Below, in pieces: positions 23,773-53,455 of a DNA stretch of 64,000 nt (its first letter is position 1; every line of letters begins with the position of its first letter). The translations under genes and the position numbers were made by a program. The DNA lies in NCBI GenBank assembly GCA_963920595.1, contig OY986947.1, positions 744,001 to 808,000 of the forward strand. Reading direction: 5' to 3'. The notes under the pieces are model-generated. The model searched no databases. It saw nothing but the letters and a program-made list of their open reading frames with translations, and was not told the DNA's origin. This DNA comes from Eimeria praecox. Taxonomy: Eukaryota.

Positions 23773-24623
23773 AAGTACTTATACGCTGCATGCATATTCG
23801 ATAGATATTTACTTCTTTAGAGACGAGGAGTTAACATGTTACTACTAAGAGGCAACTTGCAGCAGATCAACACAGGGAAAACCGCGAAAGATAGTTGAAA
23901 TGGTGGAAAATAACAACAATATTGTTTAAATAGCAATATTTAAACATAAAATATATATTGTTTTTCTTTTATATAAAATATACATCCAATTTAATTTGCA
24001 AATTCTTCAAACAATAACTGTTTACACGAAGGTCTTCACCGACATCAGGTGAAGTCTTGATGCTGAAATCGAGTTAATTTGCCAAAGTATTTAATCTATT
24101 CATATCATTAAAGTTTAATGATATGATTAAAACACAAAAAGATATGAATTTCAATGAAATATAAGATAATCATACAGAATTTTCAGCGAGGGGTAACAGA
24201 ATCCATGAAACACATCCCTGTACACTCCAAACACCCTGGCGGTAAGGATCTGCATTTGAACAGCAGGGAAAGCGGGGGAAATAAGAATAATTGACGGCAT
24301 AATTATATTTATTTTGTTTTTTTAATTCATTTCATTCAAAAGAAATCTCGAAAACTCGAACAAATGCTCCGCTTTCCACATGCAAGGCCGCTGGTCTGTG
24401 GCGGGCGGCGCCATAAACACAGAAGGTCTACATGAAGTATATTTATGATGTTCTGCATTATTTTGACTCCTTTAACTTATTAAACATGAATTTATGTCAT
24501 TTATCCCCTTGTTTGATGACTCCAGAGCCAATTATTTGTCTCGTCTTCCTCCCGATCCACTAGTGTTGTACTAAACGCCGTTGGCTTTCCGTTTCTTTTC
24601 GCTCGTTACACTCCATCTAGCGA

Positions 24624-39706
<15,083 letters not shown>

Positions 39707-40564
39707 AAAGTATAAAAACAAATAAATTAATTAAAATAAAATAAATAAATTAATAAAACAAACAAATCGAATAAAATAATTAATTTAATTAATTCAATAC
39801 ATTCAATTAATTTAATTGATTTAATTAATTTAATTAATTTGTTTAATTTAATTAATTGTATTATTATTGAATTAAATTAGATAAATAAATAAACGAAAAA
39901 ACGAAAGAAAAGAAATGTTTGTTATTAACAACGAGAAAGACCTCTTATTTATTTTTTTTAATTTGTTTGTTAACTTGTCTATTATTTTAATTATTTTAAT
40001 TATTTTAATTATTTTAATTACTTTAATTATTTTAATTATTTTAATTATTTTAATTATTTTAATTATTTTAATTATTTTAATTATTTTAATTATTTTAATT
40101 ATTTTAATTATTTTAATTATTTTAATTATTTTAATTATTTTAATTATTTTAATTATTTTAATTATTTTAATTATTTGTCTAGACGAATAAATATATTAAA
40201 TAAACAAACAAAAACACAAATAATAAAACACAAGACTTTCAGGAAAACAGCAAACAAAGTGAGAGAGAAGAAACAGACAAATAAAACAAATAAATAAAAC
40301 AAATAAATAAAATAAATAATAGAAATGCAACAAATACAACAAATACAACAAATAAAACAAATAAAACAAACAAAACAAATAAAACAAATGAAACAAATAA
40401 AACAATTAAAACAAATAAAACAAATAAAACAAGGATTGAAATGTTAGAAACAAATAAACACGAAGAGAGGAAAGACAACAAAATAAACAAACAGACACAT
40501 ATATATAACATCTCTATAACTATCTGTCTATATATAAAACATAGTATTATAAAATATATAGATC

Positions 40565-40622
<58 letters not shown>

Positions 40623-40915
40623 TGTACGTATACGTACCACCACAATACAAAATAATATAATCTACAACATCTCTCTCTATATATATATATCTATATATAT
40701 GTATAGAGAGAGAGAGAGAGAGAGAGAGAGATATATAGATATAGATGTACATATATAGATATATATAGATATATATAGAATGTAAGGTGTTTAAGTATAA
40801 TAAAACCAATTTGATTGTTTGATAGTTTTGGTTAATATTATAAAAAATAAAATTTACAGATAAACACAAAACTCGACTAAAGTCCGACTTCGAATACGAT
40901 AGGGAGAAACAAACT

Positions 40916-40996
<81 letters not shown>

Positions 40997-41091
40997 TGTC
41001 TCTACTTATGTATACTGTATGTGCGTACCAGATATCTGCCTATTTCTCCCTCTCGCTCTCTTGATGCATATCTATATCTATCTATCGATCT

Positions 41092-41181
<90 letters not shown>

Positions 41182-41418
41182 CTACTGTAAATTTTTAATA
41201 CTAACACTCGCGTTAATCACCTCGTTATTTTATTTTATTTTATTTTATTTGAGTTTAATTTATTTTATTTTTTTATTTTTTTGATGAAGAAGTGTTGTTC
41301 AATATTTCTAAGTTATTTCTTTTTTTTGTTTTCACAACCAAAAAAAAACAGAAAAAAAACAAGAGTAAATACATGCATGCAGCTTTGCATGCATACAAGA
41401 AATAGCGGGTTTCTTATT

Positions 41419-43170
41419 AAACCCTAAACCCTAAACCCTAAACCCTAAACCCTAAACACTTGCTGTAGATCTTTCTGTGGTTTTCTCAGTTAAGTCGATC
41501 CTCCAGGCTTAAGAGCCTCAGCCTCCCGTCTTGAGGCTTCAACAACAGGGTTTAGGGTTTAGGGTTTACTAGAATTTACTAGGGTTTACTAGGGTTGAGG
41601 GTTTACTGCGTATTAGGTTTTGCTGCTTATTAGGGTTTATGAGGGTTTAGTAGGGTTTACTTATGAAGGTTTACAAAGCCGTATTAGGAATTGTTTACTG
41701 GGGTTTATTAGGGTTTATTAACCCTTATTTATTTATTTATTTATTTATGAGGGTTTAGGGTTTAGGGTTTATACGCTAGGGTTTATATTTTAGGTTTTTC
41801 TTGCTGGGATTCCTTTCTCCTAGCTTAGGCTTAATGAGGGTTTATTAGGGTTTATTAGGGTTTATTAGGGTTTATGAGGATAGCTTGGGGTTTGTTAGGG
41901 TTTATTAGGGTTTATGAGGGTTTATGAGGGTTTATGAGGGTTTATGAGGGTTTATGAGGGTTAGTGCGGGTTTATGAGGGTATCTTACGGTATATTAGGG
42001 TTTGTTAGGGTTTATTAGGGCTTATTAGGGTTAATGAGGGTTTCTTAGGGTATATTAGGGTTTATTAGGGTCTATGAGGGTTAATGAGGGTTAATGAGGG
42101 TTAATGAGGGTTAATGAGGGTTAATGAGGGTTAATGAGGGTTTCTCAGGGTTTTTCAGGGTTTACTAGAGTTTATTATTTTTTATTAGGGTTTACCAGGG
42201 TTTCTTATTGTTTATTAGGGTTTATTAGGGTTTACTGGGGTTTATTAGGGTTTACTAGGGTTTACTAGGGTTTACTAGGGTTTATTATTGTTTGTTAAGG
42301 TGTATATATGTTTATATAGCTCCAACGATATCAAATTGCGGGTTAATTTTATATATATTTTTACATCCTTCTTCGAACATGATTTTGATTTTATCTGAAT
42401 GTCTTTCATAGATAGAAAAACTATATCTTTGTAATTGAGCGTTACAAGCATAATTAAGAAAAGAAGAGAAAGCCCTAAAACACAATCCCTCATTCCCTCC
42501 ATAACACGGAAACACCGGAATAATCTCGTTAGGAAGACGTAGTTCTTTAAACACATACAAACACATACACACAAAACAAAACAAAAAAAATATAATATTA
42601 TTTATAATATATCATTAAGTCAATTACATACTATATACTCATGAAGAGAAATTAGGGGGAGAAGGGTTAATAGGGTTTTATAGGGTTGAGGAGGGTTGAG
42701 GAGGGTTTAGTAAGGTCTAGTAGGGTTTAGTGAGGTTTATTAGGGTTTCGTGAGGTTTATTAGGGTTTGTTAGGGTTTAGTGAGGTTTATTAGGGTTTGT
42801 TAGGGTTTATTAGGGTTTATTAGGGTTTATTAGGGTTTATTAGGGTTTGTTTATTACTAGGGTTTGTTAGGGTTTACTATTGTTATTAGGGGGTTTTGTT
42901 AGCCGTGGCATGATTACTCTTTGAACTGACGGTTTAGGGTTTATTAGGGTTTAGGGTTTATTAGGGTTTAGGGCTTACTGGGGTTTAGGGTTTATTAGGG
43001 TTTAGGGTTTATTAGGGTTTAGGGTTTGTTAGGGTTTAGGGTTTATTAGGGTTTAGGGTTTATTAGGGTTTAGGGTTTATTAGGGTTTAGGGTTTATTAG
43101 GGTTTAGGGTTTATTAGGGTTTAGGGTTTGTTAGGGTTTAGGGTTTATTAGGGTTTAGGGTTTAGGGTTT
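41419..43170. repeat. Degenerate telomere-like block (AGGGTTT, AGGGTTTATT, AGGGTTAATG, AGGGTTTACT and a 17-mer composite) surrounding the last two GH18-like exons
   Basis: Direct reading; interrupted by exons 42312-42544 and 42878-42925. Confidence 0.88.
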
Positions 43171-46100
43171 ATAGAAACAGGAGGAAAGAGACACGAGCAG
43201 AGAAGAGTGTTAAAGTTTGTAGACAAATCAAATATAACAAATTTATTTTATTAAATAAAAATAAAAAACAAAACAAACAAATAATATTAAATATAATTAA
43301 TTAATTAATGAATTAATTAATTAATGAATTAATTCATTAATTAATTAATTAACTATAACTAAACATCTCTCTGTACACCAACAGTTTTGTCTCTAACGAA
43401 GGCCCTTCCATCACTAATTAACTAATTAACTAATTATTTAATTTATTTACTTATTTAAATTAATTAAATAACTATTTAATTAATTAATTAATTAATTAAT
43501 TAATTAATTAGTTAATTAATTAATTAATAATATATATGCCTCTGTTTACGTTAACAGGTTTGTCTCTAACGAATTCCTTTCCATCACTAATTAACTAATT
43601 AAATAACTTATTTATTTATTTATTTATTTAAATTAGTTAATTAATTATATAATTAATTAATTAATAAAATAATAAATAAATAAATAAATTAATTAATTAA
43701 TTAATTAATAATATATCTACCTCTGTTTACGTTAACAGGTTTGTCTCTAACGAATTCCTTTCCATCACTAATTAACTAATTAAATAACTTATTTATTTAT
43801 CTAAATTAATTAATTGATTAATCAATTAATTAATTAATTAAATTAATTAATTAATTAATTAATTAATTAATTAATTAATTAATAATATATCTACCTCTGT
43901 TTACGTTAACAGGTTTGTCTCTAACGAATTCCTTTCCATCACTAATTAACTAATTAAATAACTTATTTATTTATCTAAATTAATTAATTGATTAATCAAT
44001 TAATTAATTAATTAAATTAATTAATTAATTAATTAATTAATTAATTAATTAATAATATATCTACCTCTGTTTACGTTAACAGGTTTGTCTCTAACGAATT
44101 CCTTTCCATCACTAATTAACTAATTAAATAACTTATTTATTTATCTAAATTAATTAATTGATTAATCAATTAATTAATTAATTAAATTAATTAATTAATT
44201 AATTAATTAATTAATTAATTAATAATATATCTACCTCTGTTTACGTTAACAGGTTTGTCTCTAACGAATTCCTTTCCATCACTAATTAACTAATTAAATA
44301 ACTTATTTATTTATCTAAATTAATTAATTGATTAATCAATTAATTAATTAATTAAATTAATTAATTAATTAATTAATTAATTAATTAATTAATAATATAT
44401 CTACCTCTGTTTACGTTAACAGGTTTGTCTCTAACGAATTCCTTTCCATCACTAATTAACTAATTAAATAACTTATTTATTTATCTAAATTAATTAATTG
44501 ATTAATCAATTAATTAATTAATTAAATTAATTAATTAATTAATTAATTAATTAATTAATTAATAATATATCTACCTCTGTTTACGTTAACAGGTTTGTCT
44601 CTAACGAATTCCTTTCCATCACTAATTAACTAATTAAATAACTTATTTATTTATCTAAATTAATTAATTGATTAATCAATTAATTAATTAATTAAATTAA
44701 TTAATTAATTAATTAATTAATTAATTAATTAATAATATATCTACCTCTGTTTACGTTAACAGGTTTGTCTCTAACGAATTCCTTTCCATCACTAATTAAC
44801 TAATTAAATAACTTATTTATTTATCTAAATTAATTAATTGATTAATCAATTAATTAATTAATTAAATTAATTAATTAATTAATTAATTAATTAATTAATT
44901 AATAATATATCTACCTCTGTTTACGTTAACAGGTTTGTCTCTAACGAATTCCTTTCCATCACTAATTAACTAATTAAATAACTTATTTATTTATCTAAAT
45001 TAATTAATTGATTAATCAATTAATTAATTAATTAAATTAATTAATTAATTAATTAATTAATTAATTAATTAATAATATATCTACCTCTGTTTACGTTAAC
45101 AGGTTTGTCTCTAACGAATTCCTTTCCATCACTAATTAACTAATTAAATAACTTATTTATTTATCTAAATTAATTAATTGATTAATCAATTAATTAATTA
45201 ATTAAATTAATTAATTAATTAATTAATTAATTAATTAATTAATAATATATCTACCTCTGTTTACGTTAACAGGTTTGTCTCTAACGAATTCCTTTCCATC
45301 ACTAATTAACTAATTAAATAACTTATTTATTTATCTAAATTAATTAATTGATTAATCAATTAATTAATTAATTAAATTAATTAATTAATTAATTAATTAA
45401 TTAATTAATTAATAATATATCTACCTCTGTTTACGTTAACAGGTTTGTCTCTAACGAATTCCTTTCCATCACTAATTAACTAATTAAATAACTTATTTAT
45501 TTATCTAAATTAATTAATTGATTAATCAATTAATTAATTAATTAAATTAATTAATTAATTAATTAATTAATTAATTAATTAATAATATATCTACCTCTGT
45601 TTACGTTAACAGGTTTGTCTCTAACGAATTCCTTTCCATCACTAATTAACTAATTCAATAACTTATTTATTTATCTAAATTAATTAATTGATTAATCAAT
45701 TAATTAATTAATTAAATTAATTAATTAATTAATTAATTAATTAATTAATTAATAATATATCTACCTCTGTTTACGTTAACAGGTTTGTCTCTAACGAATT
45801 CCTTTCCATCACTAATTAACTAATTAAATAACTTATTTATTTATCTAAATTAATTAATTGATTAATCAATTAATTAATTAATTAAATTAATTAATTAATT
45901 AATTAATTAATTAATTAATTAATTAATTAATAATATATCTACCTCTGTTTACGTTAACAGGTTTGTCTCTAACGAATTCCTTTCCATCACTAATTAACTA
46001 ATTAAATAACTTATTTATTTATCTAAATTAATTAATTGATTAATCAATTAATTAATTAATTAAATTAATTAATTAATTAATTAATTAATTAATTAATTAA

Positions 46101-49100
46101 TAATATATCTACCTCTGTTTACGTTAACAGGTTTGTCTCTAACGAATTCCTTTCCATCACTAATTAACTAATTAAATAACTTATTTATTTATCTAAATTA
46201 ATTAATTGATTAATCAATTAATTAATTAATTAAATTAATTAATTAATTAATTAATTAATTAATTAATTAATTAATTAATAATATATCTACCTCTGTTTAC
46301 GTTAACAGGTTTGTCTCTAACGAATTCCTTTCCATCACTAATTAACTAATTAAATAACTTATTTATTTATCTAAATTAATTAATTGATTAATCAATTAAT
46401 TAATTAATTAAATTAATTAATTAATTAATTAATTTATTAATTAATTAATAATATATCTACCTCTGTTTACGTTAACAGGTTTGTCTCTAACGAATTCCTT
46501 TCCATCACTAATTAACTAATTAAATAACTTATTTATTTATCTAAATTAATTAATTGATTAATCAATTAATTAATTAATTAAATTAATTAATTAATTAATT
46601 AATTAATTAATTAATTAATAATATATCTACCTCTGTTTACGTTAACAGGTTTGTCTCTAACGAATTCCTTTCCATCACTAATTAACTAATTAAATAACTT
46701 ATTTATTTATCTAAATTAATTAATTGATTAATCAATTAATTAACTAATTAAATTAATTAATTAATTAATTAATTAATTAATTAATTAATAATATATCTAC
46801 CTCTGTTTACGTTAACAGGTTTGTCTCTAACGAATTCCTTTCCATCACTAATTAACTAATTAAATAACTTATTTATTTATCTAAATTAATTAATTAATTA
46901 ATCAATTAATTAATTAATTAAATTAATTAATTAATTAATTAATTAATTAATTATTTAATAATATATCTACCTCTGTTTACGTTAACAGGTTTGTCTCTAA
47001 CGAATTCCTTTCCATCACTAATTAACTAATTAAATAACTTATTTATTTATCTAAATTAATTAATTGATTAATCAATTAATTAATTAATTAAATTAATTAA
47101 TTAATTAATTAATTAATTAATTAATTAATAATATATCTACCTCTGTTTACGTTAACAGGTTTGTCTCTAACGAATTCCTTTCCATCACTAATTAACTAAT
47201 TAAATAACTTATTTATTTATCTAAATTAATTAATTGATTAATCAATTAATTAATTAATTAAATTAATTAATTAATTAATTAATTAATTAATTAATTAATA
47301 ATATATCTACCTCTGTTTACGTTAACAGGTTTGTCTCTAACGAATTCCTTTCCATCACTAATTAACTAATTAAATAACTTATTTATTTATCTAAATTAAT
47401 TAATTGATTAATCAATTAATTAATTAATTAAATTAATTAATTAATTAATTAATTAATTAATTAATTAATTAATTAATAATATATCTACCTCTGTTTACGT
47501 TAACAGGTTTGTCTCTAACGAATTCCTTTCCATCACTAATTAACTAATTAAATAACTTATTTATTTATCTAAATTAATTAATTGATTAATCAATTAATTA
47601 ATTAATTAAATTAATTAATTAATTAATTAATTAATTAATTAATTAATAATATATCTACCTCTGTTTACGTTAACAGGTTTGTCTCTAACGAATTCCTTTC
47701 CATCACTAATTAACTAATTAAATAACTTATTTATTTATCTAAATTAATTAATTGATTAATCAATTAATTAATTAATTAAATTAATTAATTAATTAATTAA
47801 TTAATTAATTAATTAATAATATATCTACCTCTGTTTACGTTAACAGGTTTGTCTCTAACGAATTCCTTTCCATCACTAATTAACTAATTAAATAACTTAT
47901 TTATTTATCTAAATTAATTAATTGATTAATCAATTAATTAATTAATTAAATTAATTAATTAATTAATTAATTAATTAATTAATTAATAATATATCTACCT
48001 CTGTTTACGTTAACAGGTTTGTCTCTAACGAATTCCTTTCCATCACTAATTAACTAATTAAATAACTTATTTATTTATCTAAATTAATTAATTGATTAAT
48101 CAATTAATTAATTAATTAAATTAATTAATTAATTAATTAATTAATTAATTAATTAATAATATATCTACCTCTGTTTACGTTAACAGGTTTGTCTCTAACG
48201 AATTCCTTTCCATCACTAATTAACTAATTAAATAACTTATTTATTTATCTAAATTAATTAATTGATTAATCAATTAATTAATTAATTAAATTAATTAATT
48301 AATTAATTAATTAATTAATTAATTAATAATATATCTACCTCTGTTTACGTTAACAGGTTTGTCTCTAACGAATTCCTTTCCATCACTAATTAACTAATTA
48401 AATAACTTATTTATTTATCTAAATTAATTAATTGATTAATCAATTAATTAATTAATTAAATTAATTAATTAATTAATTAATTAATTAATTAATTAATAAT
48501 ATATCTACCTCTGTTTACGTTAACAGGTTTGTCTCTAACGAATTCCTTTCCATCACTAATTAACTAATTAAATAACTTATTTATTTATCTAAATTAATTA
48601 ATTGATTAATCAATTAATTAATTAATTAAATTAATTAATTAATTAATTAATTAATTAATTAATTAATAATATATCTACCTCTGTTTACGTTAACAGGTTT
48701 GTCTCTAACGAATTCCTTTCCATCACTAATTAACTAATTAAATAACTTATTTATTTATCTAAATTAATTAATTGATTAATCAATTAATTAATTAATTAAA
48801 TTAATTAATTAATTAATTAATTAATTAATTAATTAATAATATATCTACCTCTGTTTACGTTAACAGGTTTGTCTCTAACGAATTCCTTTCCATCACTAAT
48901 TAACTAATTAAATAACTTATTTATTTATCTAAATTAATTAATTGATTAATCAATTAATTAATTAATTAAATTAATTAATTAATTAATTAATTAATTAATT
49001 AATTAATAATATATCTACCTCTGTTTACGTTAACAGGTTTGTCTCTAACGAATTCCTTTCCATCACTAATTAACTAATTAAATAACTTATTTATTTATCT

Positions 49101-50446
49101 AAATTAATTAATTGATTAATCAATTAATTAATTAATTAAATTAATTAATTAATTAATTAATTAATTAATTAATTAATAATATATCTACCTCTGTTTACGT
49201 TAACAGGTTTGTCTCTAACGAATTCCTTTCCATCACTAATTAACTAATTAAATAACTTATTTATTTATCTAAATTAATTAATTGATTAATCAATTAATTA
49301 ATTAATTAAATTAATTAATTAATTAATTAATTAATTAATTAATTAATAATATATCTACCTCTGTTTACGTTAACAGGTTTGTCTCTAACGAATTCCTTTC
49401 CATCACTAATTAACTAATTAAATAACTTATTTATTTATCTAAATTAATTAATTGATTAATCAATTAATTAATTAATTAAATTAATTAATTAATTAATTAA
49501 TTAATTAATTAATTAATAATATATCTACCTCTGTTTACGTTAACAGGTTTGTCTCTAACGAATTCCTTTCCATCACTAATTAACTAATTAAATAACTTAT
49601 TTATTTATCTAAATTAATTAATTAATTAATCAATTAATTAATTAATTAAATTAATTAATTAATTAATTAATTAATTAATTAATTAATAATATATCTACCT
49701 CTGTTTACGTTAACAGGTTTGTCTCTAACGAATTCCTTTCCATCACTAATTAACTAATTAAATAACTTATTTATTTATCTAAATTAATTAATTGATTAAT
49801 CAATTAATTAATTAATTAAATTAATTAATTAATTAATTAATTAATTAATTAATTAATAATATATCTACCTCTGTTTACGTTAACAGGTTTGTCTCTAACG
49901 AATTCCTTTCCATCACTAATTAACTAATTAAATAACTTATTTATTTATCTAAATTAATTAATTGATTAATCAATTAATTAATTAATTAAATTAATTAATT
50001 AATTAATTAATTAATTAATTAATTAATTAATAATATATCTACCTCTGTTTACGTTAACAGGTTTGTCTCTAACGAATTCCTTTCCATCACTAATTAACTA
50101 ATTAAATAACTTATTTATTTATCTAAATTAATTAATTGATTAATCAATTAATTAATTAATTAAATTAATTAATTAATTAATTAATTAATTAATTAATTAA
50201 TTAATTAATAATATATCTACCTCTGTTTACGTTAACAGGTTTGTCTCTAACGAAGCTCCTTCCATCGTTGAGTTTGCAAACATCTCCGTCTTGTCCTCCC
50301 ATGTAATATCGAAAGAAAAAATATTCTTCTTCTTCTTCTTCTTTGTTTTCTTCTTCTTTTCTTTCTTCTTCTTCTTCTTCTCTTTCTTCTTCTTCTTTTT
50401 CTTCTTCTTCTTCTTCTGTTTGTTTTAATTGTTGTTGTTGTTTTAG

Positions 50447-50478
<32 letters not shown>

Positions 50479-52285
50479 GCTGTTTTATTTGATGTTGTTT
50501 GTCTTCTTCTTTTTCTGTTATTTCTTCTTTATCTATTTTATTTATTTGTTTATTTTCTTCTTCTTTTCTTGTTTCTTGTATTTGTGTTTGTAATTCATTT
50601 TTTATTTTTTCTGTTTGTATATTTTGTTTATTTGTTTGATTTGTTATATTTTGTTTACTTACTCGAATTCTCTGTTCTTTATTTCTTTCTTTGTTTGTTT
50701 TTATATTCTCTTCTTTTTTATTTTTATTATTTATTCTTTCTTTCTCTTCTTTATTTATTTTTCTTCGTCTTTCCACTTTTTCATTATATATCGCCCAATA
50801 CGTTTTCTCTCCTTTCTTATTTGTCTGTGGAGGACTTTCAATCTGTATATACACACGAAATAAATATTATAATAAAATTAAAATATAAAATTAATAATTA
50901 TTAAGTAGTAAGTATTTAACATAATTATTATGGTATATTCATTTAGACATCGTGCTCTACATACACCTCAAAATAAAATTAAAAATAAAGTTAAAAATAA
51001 ATAATTAGAATACAGTTTACCATATATTGAGTTGTACATACACCGTAAAATAAAAATAAAATAATAAAATCATACATTTATTTATACATCTTCTTCAACA
51101 TGTTTAAAAACTGCTGCCACAACAACAACATTAATTAAAATATTTAAAAAAAATTAAATAATTATAAACAATTAAGTTTAAATTAAATTAAATAATTATA
51201 AATGGATGGCGATAGAACACATTCTACCCTCAACAATAAACGATAAAAACCTCAAAACAAAAACAAACACAAACACAAACGCAAAAACAAACACAAAAAC
51301 AGAGACAGAGACGGAGACGGAGACAGAGACAAAGAGAAAGACAGAGGCAGAGAGAAAGACAGAGACAGAGATAGAGACAGAGACAAACACAAAGACAGAG
51401 ACAGAGACAGAGACATAACAGAAACAGAGACAGAGGCAGAGACACAACAGAGACAGAGACAGAGACAAAGACAAAAACACGAACACAAACAGAAAGAGAC
51501 AAACCCACAAAGACAAATACAAAACCAAAGACACCGCCAACTCATCAAATCCCGTATCTTAAAACCTAAAAATAAAATAAAATACAATAAAATACGATAA
51601 AATACAATAAGATACAATAAAACACAATAAAATACAATAAAATACAATAAAAGAAAAGAAAAGAAACAAAATAAATAAAATAAAATAAAATAAAATGAAA
51701 TACAATCCAATAAAATACAATACAATGCAATAGAAAAAATAAAATAAAATAAAACAAAATAAGACAAAATAGAATAAAATAAATAAATAAATAAATAATT
51801 ATCTTTATGCTCTCCTTATATAAATAAAAAATAAATAACTAAATAAATATATTTTTGTTTTTCTTTACCTTATTCATGCATGCCCCCTCTCCATCTTCCC
51901 AATCAATATAAATACCTTCGAATATTCCTCGATATTGTTTTAATATTTTATCTATTTCTTCATAATCAGGATATCCAAACCATAATCCTGCAAGTTTTAA
52001 TTGTGTTTGTTGTTTTAATAATTTAATTTTATTAAAATATTCTTCTTCCCATGAAATAGCTGATGTTTTATAATGTTGTAAAGATAATTGAGCTGTCTGT
52101 ACACTTGGATTACTTATAGTAAAATCGCGATGGCGTTTAAAATCTAACATTTTCTTCAATGGTATATATAAACCTTCTCCTAATTCTGCTGCTCTTTGAA
52201 ATCGAATATCTAATTCTTCTATGGTTTTTACAAAACAAACAGAATAAATCTTATTCTTCTTTGCCTGGGGCATACTTCTCTTACC

Positions 52286-52318
<33 letters not shown>

Positions 52319-53044
52319 CATAATATCATTAAACTTCTTCTCATCAAGCATCAACTTCAAATACCCTGGATCGTTTCCTCCTTCTCTCGGTCTAAGTTGA
52401 ATTGGTAGTTCGTATGCCGTCCCCACAAATATTTCTTCTTCTTCAAATCCTAAACCCTCCTCCTCCTCTTCCTCATCATCTTCTTCTTCTTCCTGCTGCT
52501 CCTCCTCCTGCTGCTGCTGCTGTTGCTGCTGCTCGTCTTCGTCTTCGTCTTCGTCTTCGTCCTCTTCGTCTTCTTCATCTTCATCTTCATCTTCATCTTC
52601 ATCATCATCTTCTTCTTCTTCTTCCTCATCTTCGGCTTCTCCATGTGTTGTTGTTGTTGTTGCTGTTGCTGTTGTTGTTGTTGCTGTTGCTGCTGCTGTT
52701 GCTGTTGCTGCTGCTTCTGCTGCTGCTTCAGCGAGCTCTTCTTGTATGTCGAAGTACTTCATAGAACTATCAGCAGCAACACTTGGCGCAGCAGCAGCAG
52801 CTGCTGCTGCTGCTGCTGCAGTAGCAGCATTATCTGCTGCTGCTGTGTCTACCTCAACGGGAGAGGAGTTAGGATTTAGAACAGCTGTTTGTCCTGCTGC
52901 TGCTGCTGTTGTTGCTGTTGCTGTTGCTGCTGCTGCTTCTGTTGCTGTTGCTGGTGTTGCTGGTGCTGTTGCTACCTCCGTTGCTGTTGCTGGTGTTGCT
53001 GCTGCTGTTGCTGCTGTTGGTGTTGCTGCTGCTGCTGGTGCTGC

Positions 53045-53079
<35 letters not shown>

Positions 53080-53455
53080 CGGCTTGTTCTGCGGTGTCTG
53101 TTTGAAGATTTGAGGGGAAAGGCTCTATGGCAAGCAATTCGTGTAGGACTTCCTCTATAGCGGTTTGCTGCTGCTGTTGCTGCTGCTGTTGCTGCTGCTG
53201 TTGTTGCTGCTGCTGCTTCTGTAGCCGTAGCTGCTGCTGCTGTTGCTGCTGCTGTTGCTGCTGCTGCAGGTCTGCTGCTGCTGTTTGCTGCTGTTCGACA
53301 TTTTCAATTTCCGAAGAAATTTCCGCTGTCTCAGCGGCGTAGACGAAGGAGGAAGACTGCGAGTTAAATACAAGAAAAAGAAAGAATAAAAGAAAAGAGA
53401 AAAGCCCAAAAGGGAAGAAAAGAAGTTTAATTGCATATTTGATTGACTTCATCAT
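42312..53455 (-). CDS. Secreted glycoside hydrolase family 18 (chitinase-like) protein with a Q/A/T/acidic low-complexity N-terminus; about 829 aa in the simplest 4-exon model
   Basis: Exons 51869-53455, 50221-50842, 42878-42925, 42312-42544 (phases 0,1,1). Signal-peptide-like start MMKSIKYAIKLLFFPFGLFSFLLFFLFLVF. GH18-like segments: KLLKQQTQLKLAGLWFG; ILKQYRGIFEGIYIDWED (cf. FDGIDIDWE); FFFRYYMGGQD (cf. vMxYD); LPNEIIPVFPCYGG (cf. PxxKivlGiPfYG). Micro-exons in 50843-51868 are unresolved. The gene itself is well supported; the family call is by eye. Confidence 0.65.
43365..50255 (-). repeat. Tandem array of ~170 bp units: 39 copies of the GH18-like exon-2 3' end plus splice donor, and one more diverged distal copy
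   Basis: The anchor ctctgtttacgttaacaggtttgtctctaacgaa recurs from 43540 to 50043 at mostly 170-bp spacing (some 174-181); the true exon end is at 50221. A diverged copy lies at about 43365-43415. The rest of each unit is (TAAT)n-rich. Confidence 0.95.

Noticed and set aside
41419..43170. Chromosome end or telomere fusion
   Set aside because: The repeats are short, degenerate and interleaved with exons; interstitial AAACCCT is routine in Eimeria-type genomes.
43365..50255. Array units as in-frame cassette exons encoding a protein repeat
   Set aside because: The 47-nt unit (and the 64-nt CRK2 unit) is not a multiple of three and hits a stop when spliced at phase 1. An in-frame 24-nt option needs a weak GAG acceptor.
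51535..51565. Possible 31-nt exon with two in-frame TGA codons (selenocysteine or readthrough)
   Set aside because: Weak donor, no SECIS identified, and exon 1 splices in phase directly to 50842 without it.
51869..51990. MRH (OS-9/glucosidase II beta) domain reading of the secreted protein
   Set aside because: The expected YxYExC segment was not found; three ordered GH18-like motifs fit better.
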